From NCBI GenBank assembly GCA_965112735.1, contig OZ218950.1, positions 2,914,001 to 2,978,000 on the forward strand: a stretch of 64,000 nucleotides of DNA, in the 5' to 3' direction. The position numbers and the translations under genes are program-made. The notes beneath the pieces are model-generated. The model was not told where the DNA came from, searched no databases, and saw nothing but the letters and a program-made list of their open reading frames with translations. Position 1 is the first letter of the stretch, and every line of letters begins with the position of its first letter. Positions 46,897 to 60,623 of the stretch are shown here, piece after piece. The DNA is from Phaeosaccion multiseriatum (taxonomy: Eukaryota; Protista; Ochrophyta, other classes).

Positions 46897-49140
46897 AACC
46901 AATGCGCCAGAGGAAAAATAGAGGACATGAGAGCCTAATCCCCGAGCGGATGGATGCGATGCGCTACCAAAAGGGGACGAATGACACCAGACCGGCACAT
47001 AGTTGACTGAGTGGCGAGAGTTCAACCCCTCCCCTCCCAGAGGAAGATGAAGAAGCAAAGTCGCCTTCCCTACTTCATCCCCAACCGACCCTGGCTAGTC
47101 CTCGTAAGGTCTACAAACAAAACAGAAACAGAACTGAACCTGAAACTGACCTGGCTGGTGAAGGAGTCGAAGACGAGGAATAGCAAGATGAGCATGATGC
47201 CACATGCGAAGTTACCCCCCCCTGCGTCGTCAGGCTGGCCGAAGCCGTCCGTGGTGAGGCTCACACCCTCGCTACTTTGCACGAACAGCGTGCACCCCAG
47301 CGCGATGAGACCCTGGGGTGGGCATGGATCACCAACCGACCAATCACAGAGGACGGGACGAAGGGTTGACCAGTAGCGAAGGAGAGAGGAGGACCCACAG
47401 GGGGGAAGGGGGCGGGTCAAGGTCTGCAAGTGTGTGGTGGGTGTGTGCGTGCGGTCCTTTGGAGGGTCTCTTTTGAGTACGTGATTGAATGGTGGTGGAT
47501 GGCTACCGTTACTCACCGCGACAACGTAGTCGTACAGCGGGTAGCTCTTGTCTCCAAGGAGCTTACCCATGACCATAATGGGGGCGATTTTGAAGCTCTT
47601 GGACAGCACTTGCGTGGGGAAGGTAACGTATCTGGGCAGCAGAAGAAGCACACACGTTGCCGACACAAGTGAGAGACCGTCGAAGAGGGGGTGGAAGAAA
47701 AGACATGCCTCGAGTGGTTGCGTCTCTTGATGAGTGCGTGCGTGCGTGTGTACCCACGCGTGTGTGCGGTGCGCGTGTTTGCACTCACTTAAGCGCCTCA
47801 TATTGGCACCAGCTGCTGAGCATGTTGCTGACTGCAGGGAAGGAGTATTCGTAGGCCATAGCTTTGCTCCAAGTGGGCCGCGTGTGGAAGAGGAAGGCGC
47901 CGCTGGGGAGGGAAGGAGGGGTGTGGAGAGAGGAGCGGAGGGGAGGGGGCAAGGAGAGAGTGGCAAGGAGAGAGGAAGGGGCGTAGGGAAAGGCTGGGTG
48001 GGCGAAACAGGACACACACACATACACAGAACACACACATACACACAAAACACACACGCACGCACACGCCGCCCCCCCAGGAACGCACTCACCTGAAGCA
48101 AAGGCCGATGAATCTGTTGGTGAACACGAGGCCGTACGAGTAGGTGAAGAACTCGCCTTCGCCGTACTCCATCTTCAGGATTCGCTCCTGCAAGATGCCC
48201 CAGGTGACCTGCATACAAGCAAAAAAGGGAGGCGGGAGGCGAGTAAATGAGCAGCAGCAGCAGCAGAAGGACGGGGTGGTGGTGGTGGTGGTAGTGGTGG
48301 TGGTGGTGGAGGAGGAGGAGGAGGAGGAGGAAGAGGAGGAGGAGGAGGAGGAGGAGGAGGAGGAGGAGGAAGAGGAGGAAGAGGAGGAGGAGGAGGAGGA
48401 GGAGGAGGAGGAGGAGGAGGAGGAGGAGGAGGAGGAGGAGGAGGAGGAGGAGGAGGAGGAGGAGTATCACCCCATAGCGACTTACAAATGTGACGTTGAG
48501 GCCCACCGCCAGGCCTGCCAGTCTCCGCAGCACCTGATCCTTGGTCTGAAACTGCTCATGCACGCGCGCACACAGGTGGCGGGCGGACAGGCCGACACAA
48601 GAGCACAGGAACAAGAGACACGGGCGGGAGATGGTGCCGTGCAAAGGGAGGGAATGATGAGGCGGGAGAGGCAAGAGATACTCATCACGGCCCTGTTGAT
48701 GCCCCCTGATGCACGGCCCGCTAGCGGAAGCCTCACGGCCATCTCACACCTCTCGAAGGCCTGGTTTACGCTTCAGTATATAGCCAAGACTCCCTCCACC
48801 CGTGGAACAAGGATCATGCATTCAATATCGTAGACAGACCAGGAGACGTGAGCAATCCTCCTGTCTCTGTCTCTGTCTCTCCCTTTGACACCCCCCCCCC
48901 CCGGAGTTTTGCCCCACACACTGAGCGCACCTTCTCTCCCTCCTCAAAATTGAGCAAGCTCATCCGCCGAGGGGGTAAGGTGCCGCTGCTGGAAGGTTCT
49001 TTGCTGCTGCCCGGTGCCCCTCCGCCAACGCTACCGCTGCGGCGCAACTCACGCCTCGCCTCGACGCTGGCGGAGGTTAGCTCCAGCCCTGATACAGAGT
49101 AAACAAGATATTTCGGGACAGTGTCGTTTAGGAGATAGAT

Positions 49141-49211
<71 letters not shown>

Positions 49212-49841
49212 GAGATGTAGTCAGAGGCAGGCAAGGAGAGGAGGCGAGGTGACACTATATTGCAACACGTCAATCCCGCCCGCCTCTTACGCAAGTGTAC
49301 CGTGCTGCTGCTGCGGTGCTTGTCGTGACCTTACGAAGCTCTTACCGCTGTGCGTCGAGGGCATGCGATTGTAGCTGACATTCTCGTCGAAAAGCGGGTT
49401 GTCCGGGGAGCTCTCGATGTACAGCTTCACCACTAGGTAGGAGATGAGAACGAGAGCTGTATAGAGTAGGAAGTTCGTGGCCAGCTGATATAGGATGTCG
49501 CCCGTGTTGTCTGAACTGAAGCTCTGCCCTTGACTTGTGGAGACTGGTGCAACGGCTCCATCCTGGTCAGCCGCAGCAGAAGCTCCAGAAGCTGCCGCAA
49601 CTGGCTGATTTGCATGCCCAAGCTCATTGGAAAAGTAGGACGCATCCCCTGCTGCTGCTTCCAAGCTCCTCCCTTCTTGCAGCTGATGTCGGCGTTCTTC
49701 GCTGACGGCGTCTCCTGCTACTGGACCGAAGACAAGCACCAACCCAAGTACAGCGAGCGCGCCCCATACCGTCGCCCGTTTCCAAGGCAGGAAAGTCCTT
49801 CTTCGGGGCGCCTCCCCCCGTGCTGCTGGCTGCCGCCCCAT
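45636..49841 (-). CDS. PAPS transporter 1 (SLC35B2/PAPST1-like, UAA nucleotide-sugar transporter family)
   Basis: WGILQERI...[85 protein letters not shown]. Long N-terminal extension; exact stop uncertain. Confidence 0.9.
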
Positions 49842-50982
49842 CGAGAGAGAATGAGAGGGAGAATTCAGTTTCAGTTTTAGTTTATAGGGACTTCACACTC
49901 CTTCGAACTCCTCCCTCTCCTCTCCCTCCTTCCCTTCTTTTCCCTCCCTCTTTTTTTTTTTTTTCCTACTCCAGTCTTCTCACGGCTTCAGGGACAATTC
50001 CCTCTAGCCAAGGTGGGGAGAGGGAGGAGGTACAGTGCGAACGGTGCGGTGAAAAAAAAACTTGTCTTAAACCTTGCTTACTAACCAACAAGAGGACATT
50101 TTTCTCTACCTCTCTCAATCTCTCTTTTTCCCTTCGCTGGTTCACTACGATGTGTTTGTGTGCTGTCGTCCTTTCGTCCACAACGAGCGTGCCCCTCTTG
50201 CCAGGTACGGGCTTCCACCCGCGCCCCAACATTCCTGAATCTCCCACCATTACAGCGCTGCCTCATCCTCATTGACGAGTGAGTGGGCCTCCTTCTCAGT
50301 GATCGACGTGATCGCTGTGGCGGGCAGAGGAGACGCCGCTCGGTGATGGTGGGGTGCACGCAAGAGCGAGTGAGTGTACGTGCGTGGGGGAGAGAAAAGC
50401 TCTCTCTACGGCTAACCTGGGGATAATTAACCCTTACCCTTCCTGTGGTAGCCATCTCGCCCCGGCCGGTGCTTGCTCGGCCTCCTCTCCTCCTTGGAGT
50501 CACCGCTGCTGATGGGCAGACTACAGTGTGAAACACAGCTGCCACTTTCGGCCTTGGTCACGTTTCCTAGCGTTCCACTAGAGGAAACTGGAAACCCGGC
50601 CGGCTCGAAACTGGGCGGAAAGCGAAGCCTAAGAAACATTTCCACACGGGCCGAGCATTGGCCTTGACTGCCTTTTGATGGAGCGGTAGTGGTAGAAAAG
50701 CAAGGCGGAGCCAGAAACTCCATATTGGCAGAGAGATAGCAAAGGATAAAGCGCTACTGGCGTCCCGTCCTCCACCCTTTCGGCTCTCGCTTTGCGCCTC
50801 TTTCTCCCACGCTGGGGCCGGTCAGAGGCGTCGTTTCCATTCCAAGTCCAAAACCCGGCCACACCGCAAATCAAGGCAAAGGGATGAGAGAAGGCACCCA
50901 GCGACCATCCCCCTTTCCTGCTGCTGTATGCGCAAGCTTCAATCAATTCTAGAGCCTTGGTGCCCCTCACTCTCCCCCTCCT

Positions 50983-51354
50983 TCACATTTTGTCCTGCAG
51001 CTGCTGCATGGCCTTCATGGCCTTCTTCATAACGGCTTGCCTGCCCAACTCATCTGCGGTGCCCCCTTTTCCCTGGTAGGTCATGAGAGAAACCATGTTT
51101 TGGACCTTTTGAGAACTCATTATCTTCTCCTCCTTCCGTGCGGCCTCCAGCAAGCTCATCCGAGGAGCCCGACGCTTCCTCTTCTTCGGCTGCTCCTTCT
51201 TCGTCACCGCCTTCCCCCCAGTGGATTTCTTACTGCTCTTCTTCGATCCAGAAGAAGAAGAAGCAGCAGCAGCAGCAGCAGTACGGAGGGTACCCTTGTC
51301 GAGCTCCTCCTCCACTCCCTTGAGCATCCGACGGACGCTTTTGGCGGACGACAT
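50983..51354 (-). CDS. Small basic Lys-rich protein (possibly AROS/RPS19BP1-like)
   Basis: Intronless 123-aa ORF MSSAKSVRRMLKG...KKRKRRAPR...VMKKAMK with coding-like codon usage and an NLS-like run. The family guess is weak. Confidence 0.55.
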   Translation of the reverse strand: MSSAKSVRRMLKGVEEELDKGTLRTAAAAAASSSSGSKKSSKKSTGGKAVTKKEQPKKRKRRAPRMSLLEAARKEEKIMSSQKVQNMVSLMTYQGKGGTADELGRQAVMKKAMKAMQQLQDKM

Positions 51355-52089
51355 GGTTTGTCTCTCTTCCCTCCTGCTCCAGCCCCCCTCCTTCCCTATC
51401 ACTGCCCCACGCCTCCAAAACAATCTTTGGTCAGGCTGCTGCTTCTCCGTCTGTGCTTGCTCTCAGAGGATATAGCGGATGGTGAGGAGTGTGGGGCGGT
51501 TGTGCATCCGCGTCGTCGCGAGAGCAACATGTTTTTCACTTTTCACCCCTGGGGTTTCGGGGTTTCCCTCCCGTTCAATTCATCACTTTCCAGCAGAGGT
51601 AGGTGCCTGTCTCTGCGTGTATTGTGTTCTCCCTCTGCTGCGAGTGCATGTCCTTGAGCTGTTGCTGCTGCTGCTGAGCCCGTTGTATCTTCTGGAGCAG
51701 CGGATGGAAAATATTTTGTGGCCACAGTGGTCCTCCAGTCTATGTTCGGTGGAGAGCTTTCTTCGGTTGTAATGGGCTCCTGTGCCTCGCACCGCTGCTG
51801 AAGTGTTACGAGCGCCTCGATCCGCCTGAGCGTGGAGCTCATGTGTGATTCGTTGCTGTATTCTAGCTCTGACAAGTCCGAAGGGCGGGAGCCGCCCTCT
51901 CATGCCGCACTTACTTTGAAGTCTCCCGTTGCATGGCAGAGGGCCTTCTCCGGCCTTCCCTGCCTACTCCCATACTTGTCTTCATGCTTCTCCCTCCCTG
52001 CTGTTCCCCTTCTTCCTCTTATCCTGCTGCTGCTGCTCTTGCCCCCTGCTCCTCCGCCTGGCAATCATCATGTGTTCTCTACGAAAGAC

Positions 52090-52800
52090 ATGTTGCGAGC
52101 GTCGATGCTTCGATCAGCGGCGCCTACGGCGTTTGCCGGCCGGCTCCTTACAAGGGTGAGTGAGCCAAGGAGGCGAGGAGGCGGGAAAGAATATAGTGCG
52201 ATGGAGAAGGAGGGGGCGGCGAAAGCCAAGGGGAAAACATACTTTTCGTGATTTCCCTTGTCCCCGTGCAGGCACGTCATGTCTTGCAGGTCGCCGTATC
52301 TCTCCTCACCCCACCCCCCACCCCCCCCCGACCCTCTGTATCTATCTCTCTTCTCTTCTGTCTTTGACAGGGAGGCACTGCTCGTTTCATGTCGGGCACC
52401 CCGTTGTCCACGTTGGACCCCTCGGGCAGCCCCACCATTGAACAGACTTACGAGCGAATGGACAAGATGATCCACGCCGCTCGCAAGACCACGGGAGGAG
52501 CGCCCCTGACCCTGTCCGAAAAGATCATCTACGGACATCTCGACGACCCCAACCAGGTGAGTGAGTGGTGGAGTGGGGAAGGAGCAGGGAACGCATTGGT
52601 CTCTCTCTCTCTCCCTCTGTGTGTGTGTGTGTGTGTGTCTATCTCCTTCCCTGCGTGCATGGGTGTGTATATGCGTGTGTCTACGATGGAGCTGGATGGG
52701 GCCGTACCATATCGCATCACACCAAACACGTCCCCTCTTCCTTCTTTCTACTCTACCCCTCCCCCCCCTCCACCTAACCCCATCCCCCCCCCAACCCTAC

Positions 52801-52845
<45 letters not shown>

Positions 52846-53069
52846 ACCCGTCCGAGGAGAGACATACCTAAAGCTCCGGCCCGACCGCGTGGCCATGCAA
52901 GACGCCACTGCCCAGATGGCCGTGCTGCAGTTCATCTCCAGCGGCCTGCCCAAGACGTGCGTGCCCTCCACCATCCACTGCGATCACCTCATCGCCGCGG
53001 AGAAGGGAGCTGCGGACGACCTGGCAGTGGCCAAGGTCACTCACAAGGAGGTGCGTCTGTGTGTGTGTC

Positions 53070-53106
<37 letters not shown>

Positions 53107-53725
53107 ACGCGTCTGTGTGTGGGTAGCTGGGTGGGTGCGCTTGACATTGTCGATCGTACTTGCCTTGTTGAGTCTTCGCACTGTCAGTCTTGTTTGTCTA
53201 ACTTGCCCTGCCTTCACCCCGTTGCCCTCACCCACCCACCAACCCAACACCAACAGGTGTTTGACTTCTTGGCTTCCGCGGGAGCGAAGTACGGAATTGG
53301 CTTCTGGAAGCCCGGATCAGGAATTATCCACCAGGTTAGAGTTATTTTGCAAGGCCAAAGGAAGCTCTCCTCGGGAACGCTCATGAGAGGGAAGAGTCGA
53401 TTGGTCTTCACCTGCCTTTCACCCGCTGCTATTGCTGGGGGCTCTTGATGTCTCTCTCTTTCTCTTTCTCTTTCTATTTCTCTCTCTTACACACACACAC
53501 ACACACTCCCCCCCCCCCTCTCGGTCCCTCCCTCCCTTCGTCAGATCGTGCTGGAGAACTACGCCTTCCCTGGTGGGCTGATGATCGGCACCGACTCGCA
53601 CACTGTCAACGCCGGAGGCCTGGGCATGTGCGCCATCGGAGTGGGAGGCGCTGACGCTGTTGATGTAATGGCGGGCATGGCGTGGGAACTCAAGGCACCC
53701 AAGGTGAGGGACAGAGGGAGAGAGA

Positions 53726-53769
<44 letters not shown>

Positions 53770-56700
53770 GGGAGAGAGAGAGAGGGAGAGGGAGAGAGGG
53801 AGAGGGAGAGAGAGAGAGAGAGAGGGAGAGAGAGAGGGAGGGTCTGGTGGGGAGGGCAAAGGCAGCTCAACGCAGCTCGCCGCTTAGCTTGCTGAACGCG
53901 AGTAAGCAATCTGTTACTCTCAGGGCAACTTGGAGTCGCAGCATACAAGGGATCCACCCTCCCTTCGCCGCCAACTTCGCTCCTCCACGCCTCTCTCCTC
54001 CCCTCTAATGACCTATACCCTGCTGCCCCAACCCCCCCCCCCCACACACACTCAGGTGATCGGCGTGAAGCTGACTGGCGAGCTGTCGGGCTGGACCTCT
54101 CCCAAGGATGTTATTCTCAAGGTTGCAGGCATCCTGACGGTCAAGGGAGGCACCGGAGCCATTGTAGAGGTAGGTCAGCGTGAGCACAGAACTTGCTCCT
54201 CTTCGGAAGAATCAGCACATGCGTGTATGGCAACACAGAAGAAGAGAGCCCCTTCCCGGCCTTTGGGGGTGATCTTCCTCGCAAGTGGTGTGCACGGCGG
54301 CCTCGTCAACTCAAAGTCGAGATCTATCGCTCAACTTCCTCCTCCTCCTTTTCCTCCTCCTCCCCTACCCCTCTTCTCTCGTTCCCTTCTCCTTCCTGTG
54401 CTTGACGGTCCATGTCCCCCCCCCCCCCCCAACCCTGATTCAAACAAATCTCAAAACAACCAAACCAAAACACAGTACTTTGGCCCCGGCCTGGAGTCCA
54501 TCTCGTGCACGGGCATGGCCACGATCGCCAACATGGGCGCTGAGATTGGCGCCACCTGCACCACCTTCCCCTACAACAGCCGCATGAGTGACTACCTCAA
54601 GTCCACCCAACGAGCCGGCCTGGCCTCGGCCGCCGACAGTTTCAAGGCCAACTTGGTGGCTGATGAGGGGGCTCAGTACGACGAGCTGGTGGAGATTGAC
54701 CTGTCCACCCTCAAGCCCCATCTCAATGGGCCCTTCACCCCGGACCTTGCCAACGCGGTAGGGTCGGAGTTCAAGACCGCGGCCAAGGAGAACAACTGGC
54801 CCGAGGAGCTGTCTGCAGGTGTGTGTGTCCGTGTGTGTGTATGTGTGTGTGTGTGTGTGGTTGTGTATGTGTAAGATAATATTGGGAAAGGTGTTATGCT
54901 TTTCCCCGTGGGAATCACGGTGCGGGTGAGGAGGGAGGGAGGGAGGGAGGGACCTCCACATCTCGGTGTCGCTTCCTTCCCCTTCCTTCCCTGGCAGGGT
55001 TGCTTGTCTACTCAACACCGGAATACATGTAGGCACAGATGGGAAGTAACAATGCTCTTCATTTGAAAGCCCCACCCTCACCCTCGTCGCCCATCTCTCC
55101 CTCTTTCCCCTCACTCCTCCTGCGTGTGATGCCCTCGCCCTCCCCCCCCTTCCCTCCCTCCCTCCCTCCCTCCTTCCCTGCAGGCCTCATCGGCTCGTGC
55201 ACCAACTCCTCCTACGAGGACATGGCAAGGTGTGCGATGCTCACGGAGCAGGCCCTCGAGGTAAGGTGGGGGTGTGGTGTGTAGTGCTAGGAATGGGAGC
55301 TCCAAGCTTCTTTCTTGGGCGGTTAGTTGGGTGGTTGGGTAGTTGTTTGGGTCGTTGTGCCCTCTTGCGCATTTGGGTGGGGACGTGCATGTATTTGAAG
55401 TGAAGCGGCTGCCTTTTTAGAGTCACTGCCTGGCCCTCCTCCATGGCCCCGCGGCGCTACTGGTCAGCCCAGAGCAACAGGTGGTAAATATAGCGACGGT
55501 GTGCCCAAGTCCCCTCGGGGGCTCGCCCCGTGAGCGTAAAGACCCCATTCGACATTTCTCTCTCTCTCTCTCTCACGCACACACACTCTCTCTCCTTTGC
55601 ACTCCTCCTCCTCATTCTCCTCCTCCTCCTCCTCCTCTCCTCATCCTCCTTTACGCTCGACTTTCTTCTTCACCACAGGCCGGGCTGTCCTTCAAGAGCG
55701 ACATGCTCGTCACCCCCGGGTCGGAGCAGGTGCGCGCCACTATCACGCGCGACGGTTTCACCGGTACCTTCGAGAAGGCAGGCGCCACTGTGCTTGCCAA
55801 CGCCTGTGGCCCTTGCATCGGACAGTGGAACCGAGACTCCAAGCAGGGAGAGGCCAACTCCATCATTACTAGTTACAATAGAAATTTCGCCAAGAGGAAT
55901 GACGGCAACCCGCAGACACACGCCTTTGTGGCTTCTCCGGAGATGGTCATCGCCACGGCCATCGCAGGATCGGTGAGTTGAGGGAGTGCAGCGAGTGGAG
56001 GGAGTGGAGTGAGTGGGTGAGTGAGGGAGTGAGTTGAGGGAGTGCAATGAGTGGAGGGAGGGAGGGTGTGACACGCTGAGTTGGAGGAGAGAGGGGAGAG
56101 AGGGTTGTTGGTGTGGCTGACTGATGGAAAGGGGGAGGATTGGGGCAGGAGGTAGCCCGAGTAATCTTTTGATTGAAAGGGTGGCGAGGTGTTGAAGAGG
56201 GCTAGCACTGTAACGATACCTACCTCCTCTCTCTCTCTCTCTCTGTTTGCGGCCCAACTCAACCTCTGACCCCTTCTCTTTCGTCGTCTGTTTTTATCTC
56301 GTCTCTCTCTCTCCCTCCCTCTGCCCTCCCACCCCCCCCCTCTCTCGCTCTCGCTGTATCTCTCGTACTCTGGTCTCTGCCTTGGTCAGGTGACGTTCGA
56401 CCCCGAGACGGACAGCATCAAGGGCCCCAACGGAGACTTCAAGTTCGACCCCCCCTTCGGCATGGAGCTGCCCCCCAAGGGATTCGACCCCGGAGAGGAC
56501 ACTTTCCAGGCCCCCCCTGCATCCGGGTACGTACGATTCCTCAGTAAGATACCTCAGAGGAGGCATGTACGCACGCACACAGTCACAGTCATAGAGTTAT
56601 CTGCTTTCTCTGCACCATACCCTGCTGCCCTGCCGTGGCGTTTTGGCGTGCCCTCTCTGACCCCAAGCTCTGCTCTTCTGCCTTTGCCTTGTCGTCTTGC

Positions 56701-57952
56701 CATCTCTTGCGGCTATGCTGCTCTCTCTTGCTACTGTGCTTCTCTCTCAGCGAGGGCCTGAAGGTTTCTGTGGACCCCGCTTCCTCGCGCCTCGCTCTGC
56801 TGGAACCCTTTGATGCGTGGAGCGGGGAGGACCTGACTGATCTGCAGGTGCGTGTGCGTCTTGTGCGTTGACTAAAGAAGTGTGCTTGTTGGATAGAGGC
56901 AGAGCAAGGAGCAAGCGAGAGATATATTGAGGCCTCGCTACAGGCTTAGTAAAGCCGAGATCTAAGAAACATGCCCCCAACCCCCACCCCCTGCTGCTCC
57001 TTCGTAACTCCCGCCCATTCTTTCCCTTCCCTTTCCTTGCTTCTTGCGGCCGTCATCACGACCATACGCCTGTGGTATGATCCCTCCATCGCACCTCTCA
57101 CCTCTTATCACCCTCGTGGCCTGACACCAGGTGCTGATCAAGGCGCAGGGCAAGTGCACCACAGACCACATCTCCATGGCCGGCCCCTGGCTCAAGTTCC
57201 GTGGTCACCTGGACAACATTTCCAACAACCTCCTCATCGGAGCCGTGAACGCCGAGAACGGAGAGACCAACAGCATCGAGAACCAGATGGACGGGACCTT
57301 CGGCAAGGTGAGGAAGGGCGGGGGGGTGTGGGGGGGGGGAAGGGGAGAGAGAGAAGTACAGTTGCTGAGGCGTACGCAATGTAATCACCATTTGCGTGCT
57401 TTGGTCTCCCCCCCCCCTCCGTCCCCATCTCTCATTCTTCTTTTGTCTCCTGTCTATTCTCTTCTCCCCCCCCCCCCCCCCCCTCTCTTTCTCTCTTGCC
57501 CGCAAATGGCCCATTCCCACCCCCATTTAACAAAGGTCCCGGACGTGGCCCGTGCCTACAAGGCCGCAGGGCAGGCGTGGGTGGTGATTGGCGACGAGAA
57601 CTACGGCGAAGGCTCCTCAAGAGAGCACGCCGCTCTGGAGCCGAGGCACCTGGGCGGATGTGCGGTAATTGTCAAGTCCTTTGCCCGCATCCACGAGACC
57701 AACCTCAAGAAGCAGGGCATGCTCCCCCTCACCTTCAAGAACCCTTCCGACTACGACAAGATTACCGGCAACGACAAGCTCTCTATCACGGGCCTCACGT
57801 CCTTTGCACCAGGCAAGCCTTTGACGCTCAAGGTCACGCCCAAGGCAGGAGGGGCGCCCTTTGACGTGGTGGTAGAGCACACGTTTAATGAGGAGCAGAT
57901 TGGGTGGTTCAAGGCGGGCTCGGCCCTTAACGTGATGAAGAGTGGCATGTAG
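52090..57952 (+). CDS. ACO2: Mitochondrial aconitate hydratase (ACO2-type), about 13 exons
   Basis: [111 protein letters not shown]. Arg/Ala/Leu-rich presequence. Confidence 0.97.
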
Positions 57953-58419
57953 GCATGTTAGCGTCAGGCCAAGAGGAGGTGGGGGAGGAGGAGGAGGAGG
58001 AGGAGGATCGATGAAAAGGCATATTGTGTGTACAGGAAGGAGGGTGGAGTTCTCGGAGACTCGGGAGGGAAGAGGAGAGAGAAGATGGGATGTGATGCTA
58101 GCTAGGGCTTGCGTTTGGTTTTGCCCGACGGTTTTGTGTGCCGATTGGGGTATAAGTTTTATGTACTACGAAGTATCTCAACAGAGGTTAAAACGCAATT
58201 TCAATTTCTCTATATATTCTTCTGTGCCATCAGTCTTTATCGTGTCCATGCCCGTCTGGCCGCTTATGGTTTGCCTGAGTGACCGGGTCACTTGGACGAT
58301 TTGTCTATGCTCTCTTCTATGTATATATATATATATATGTATGTATGTAGGCCCCATCTCCTCTACGCATTGCCCTGCTGCTGCTCCGTCTCACCGGCTA
58401 GGCCCTCCCTTCCTCTCCT

Positions 58420-60374
58420 TTATTCGATGCGGACTTGGACGGCGTTCTCCTGCGAGATGCGCACGGGATAGGCCTTGATGTCTGCCGCTGGTTTCTGCGC
58501 TCATGTGGACATCGCAAGTGGAGGGGGAGGCAACAGGAAAGAGGGTGACACCACCCACACACACACAACACACGCACAGGGCCCAGGCAGAGGAGAGAGG
58601 GAAGAAGGGTCAGAAGGAGAGAGACCCGTTCCAAGGGTTTTAGTAGGGTAAGCGCCACGATACGTCGTCCATCCTCGTTGGGCCAGTCATGATGATTTGC
58701 CACAGCCATCAACACAAACGGCTAACTCTCTCTCTCTCACCTGCGCCATCACTCCAGCTACTAGGCTCTTGAGAAAGGGAAGCTTCTCTCCGTCGTCAAT
58801 GAACTTCCCTGGATTCCCCAGAGGGTGAGGGTGAGTGGATGGGTATGTGGGCGGGTTTGGGTGAGGAGCTGACAGAGAAGGGAGTGAAGCCCCGCAAGTG
58901 GAAGTGGGAGTTGCATGTCGCGCACAGACTTAATTGCTCCTACACCCTGCCAGCGGAGCACAATAAATCGATACGAAAACACAGACTCGAGATAGAGAAA
59001 TAGCGAGCGAGAGAGACTGAGAGAGAGACAAGACACGCGAAGAGAGACACTGAGAGAGGGACATATATAGAGAGAAAAGACAGAGAGGGGGAGGGAGAGA
59101 GAGAGATAAGAGAGAAGAGAGAGAGAGAGAAGCATGCCTACCTGAATTCATTTCGAATTTGAGACCGCACAGGGGACAAGTGATGCCAAGGTCTCCTCCT
59201 TCACTTCCCTCGTTCCCCTTCTGGAGAGGCTCGATTTTGCCGCTCATCATGGGGAATCTGTTCGCAGGGGAGGAACAGACAAACCCAGTGGAGGGGAAGC
59301 AACAGTAACGGCGGACAACGAAGCGTGAGGGGTCCAGAGGCCAAAAGGTGCGTTACACCGCTGCTGACTCGACTGACGGAGCGGGGGGGAAGGCACAGGA
59401 ACCGAAGAGCGTCGTGGGACAGAGGATGCGGATGCAAGAGGTTCCAGTAGCAATCAAGGCTGGGGGGCGGGGGGGGCGGGGGGGGGGAAGAAGGGCCAGA
59501 GGTGCCTCAGCTGCATGCTGTGCCTTTCACGGGGCCGGCACTTACTTGCAACGCCCGCACGACTCGCTTATCTGCAAGACATCACCGTGCGGTGGGGGAC
59601 AAACAGGGCCAGTAGTAGCAGCAGCAGCAGCAGCAGCAGCATGCGAGGGGGAAGGGGGGGGGGAGGGCAGAATGTTAGGCCTGGGGGCTGCATTCTCTTT
59701 CTGCGACTACTCGGTTTATGAACGTCTCTGATAGCTCAAGCTTTGGCACACTGTCTTCAACCCCAACCCATCATCATCAATCAGCTCTCATTCCTTCGTG
59801 TGCGACCGTCGGGGCTGGGACGATGAGTAGCCGGAGCACTGGGCCAGGACTCACCGCGTAGATTGTGTTGTTGTACCGCGCTAGGATGAAGAACAGCTCG
59901 TCTGGGCCGTACTTGCCGCTGACAACCTTCACGGAGCCATCCTCTTTCTCGAGCTTGTCTGCATCACCGAGCACCTGCATCCAAGTTGCTTGGCCGCCGC
60001 CTCCCCCGGACTTCATCTCACCCATAGCCTTCTTGTTGAGGTCTCCCTTCAGCATCTTCCGTGAACTTTTCCGTGGTCCACCCATCATTAGAGCTGTGTT
60101 GCTCGTACTACTACCGCTACTTCTGCTGCAAACATCCCTGTTGCCTGCTACGAGACCTCTGGAGGGTCGCAAAGGTGGGGCGAGTGAAACAGAGAGAGAG
60201 AGAGAGGGAACCACGTTAGCTTGGGAGGTGGGCCCAACAGCATTTCGGAGCCTTACCACATCCTCCCTTTGACCATGCCTACCTGCTACATGTGCCGAGC
60301 ACGAAGCCATGCACCACCACAAAGACTCCTTGAAGGGAGAGGAGCAGAGGGAGCAGGTACGTCGCAGTCTTCAT
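58420..60374 (-). CDS. Plastid-targeted Rieske-fold (ferredoxin-like) protein with CxxC...CxxC motifs
   Basis: Six exons splice in phase: MKTATYLLPLLL...VHG|FV signal; ...FILARYNNTIYA-ISESCGRCKFPMMSG...ITCPLCGLKFEMNSGK...DIKAYPVRI..AVQVRIE*. Confidence 0.8.
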
Positions 60375-60623
60375 CGCGCCTTCCTTCCTTGCCGACTCTT
60401 TTGAACTGCCTGTTCTTCGCTTCACTAACGCAGCGCTTCTCCCCTCGTTGTACCTCGCTGTATTTGAAAAGCCTCTCTTTACACGGATACCAACACCTCT
60501 CTGAACAATTGCCACGCACGAGAGCGTTGACGAGCAGCCCCCATCTGTGAGTCACCCCGGATGTCCAACTTCTCCTCGGCAGTTGCCAAGGGCCAAGGGG
60601 ATGGCCTCACCTCTCTCCCAAAA

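Noticed and set aside
50505-50700. Possible structured RNA (hammerhead-like CTGATG...GAAA and nearby hairpins; RNase P/MRP considered)
   Set aside because: The core is CTGATGG rather than CTGANGA, the stems are poor, and conserved P4 motifs were not found. An Infernal/Rfam scan would be needed.
51543-51875. 110-aa minus-strand ORF upstream of aconitase
   Set aside because: It has a non-ATG start, no recognisable motif and no convincing upstream exon.
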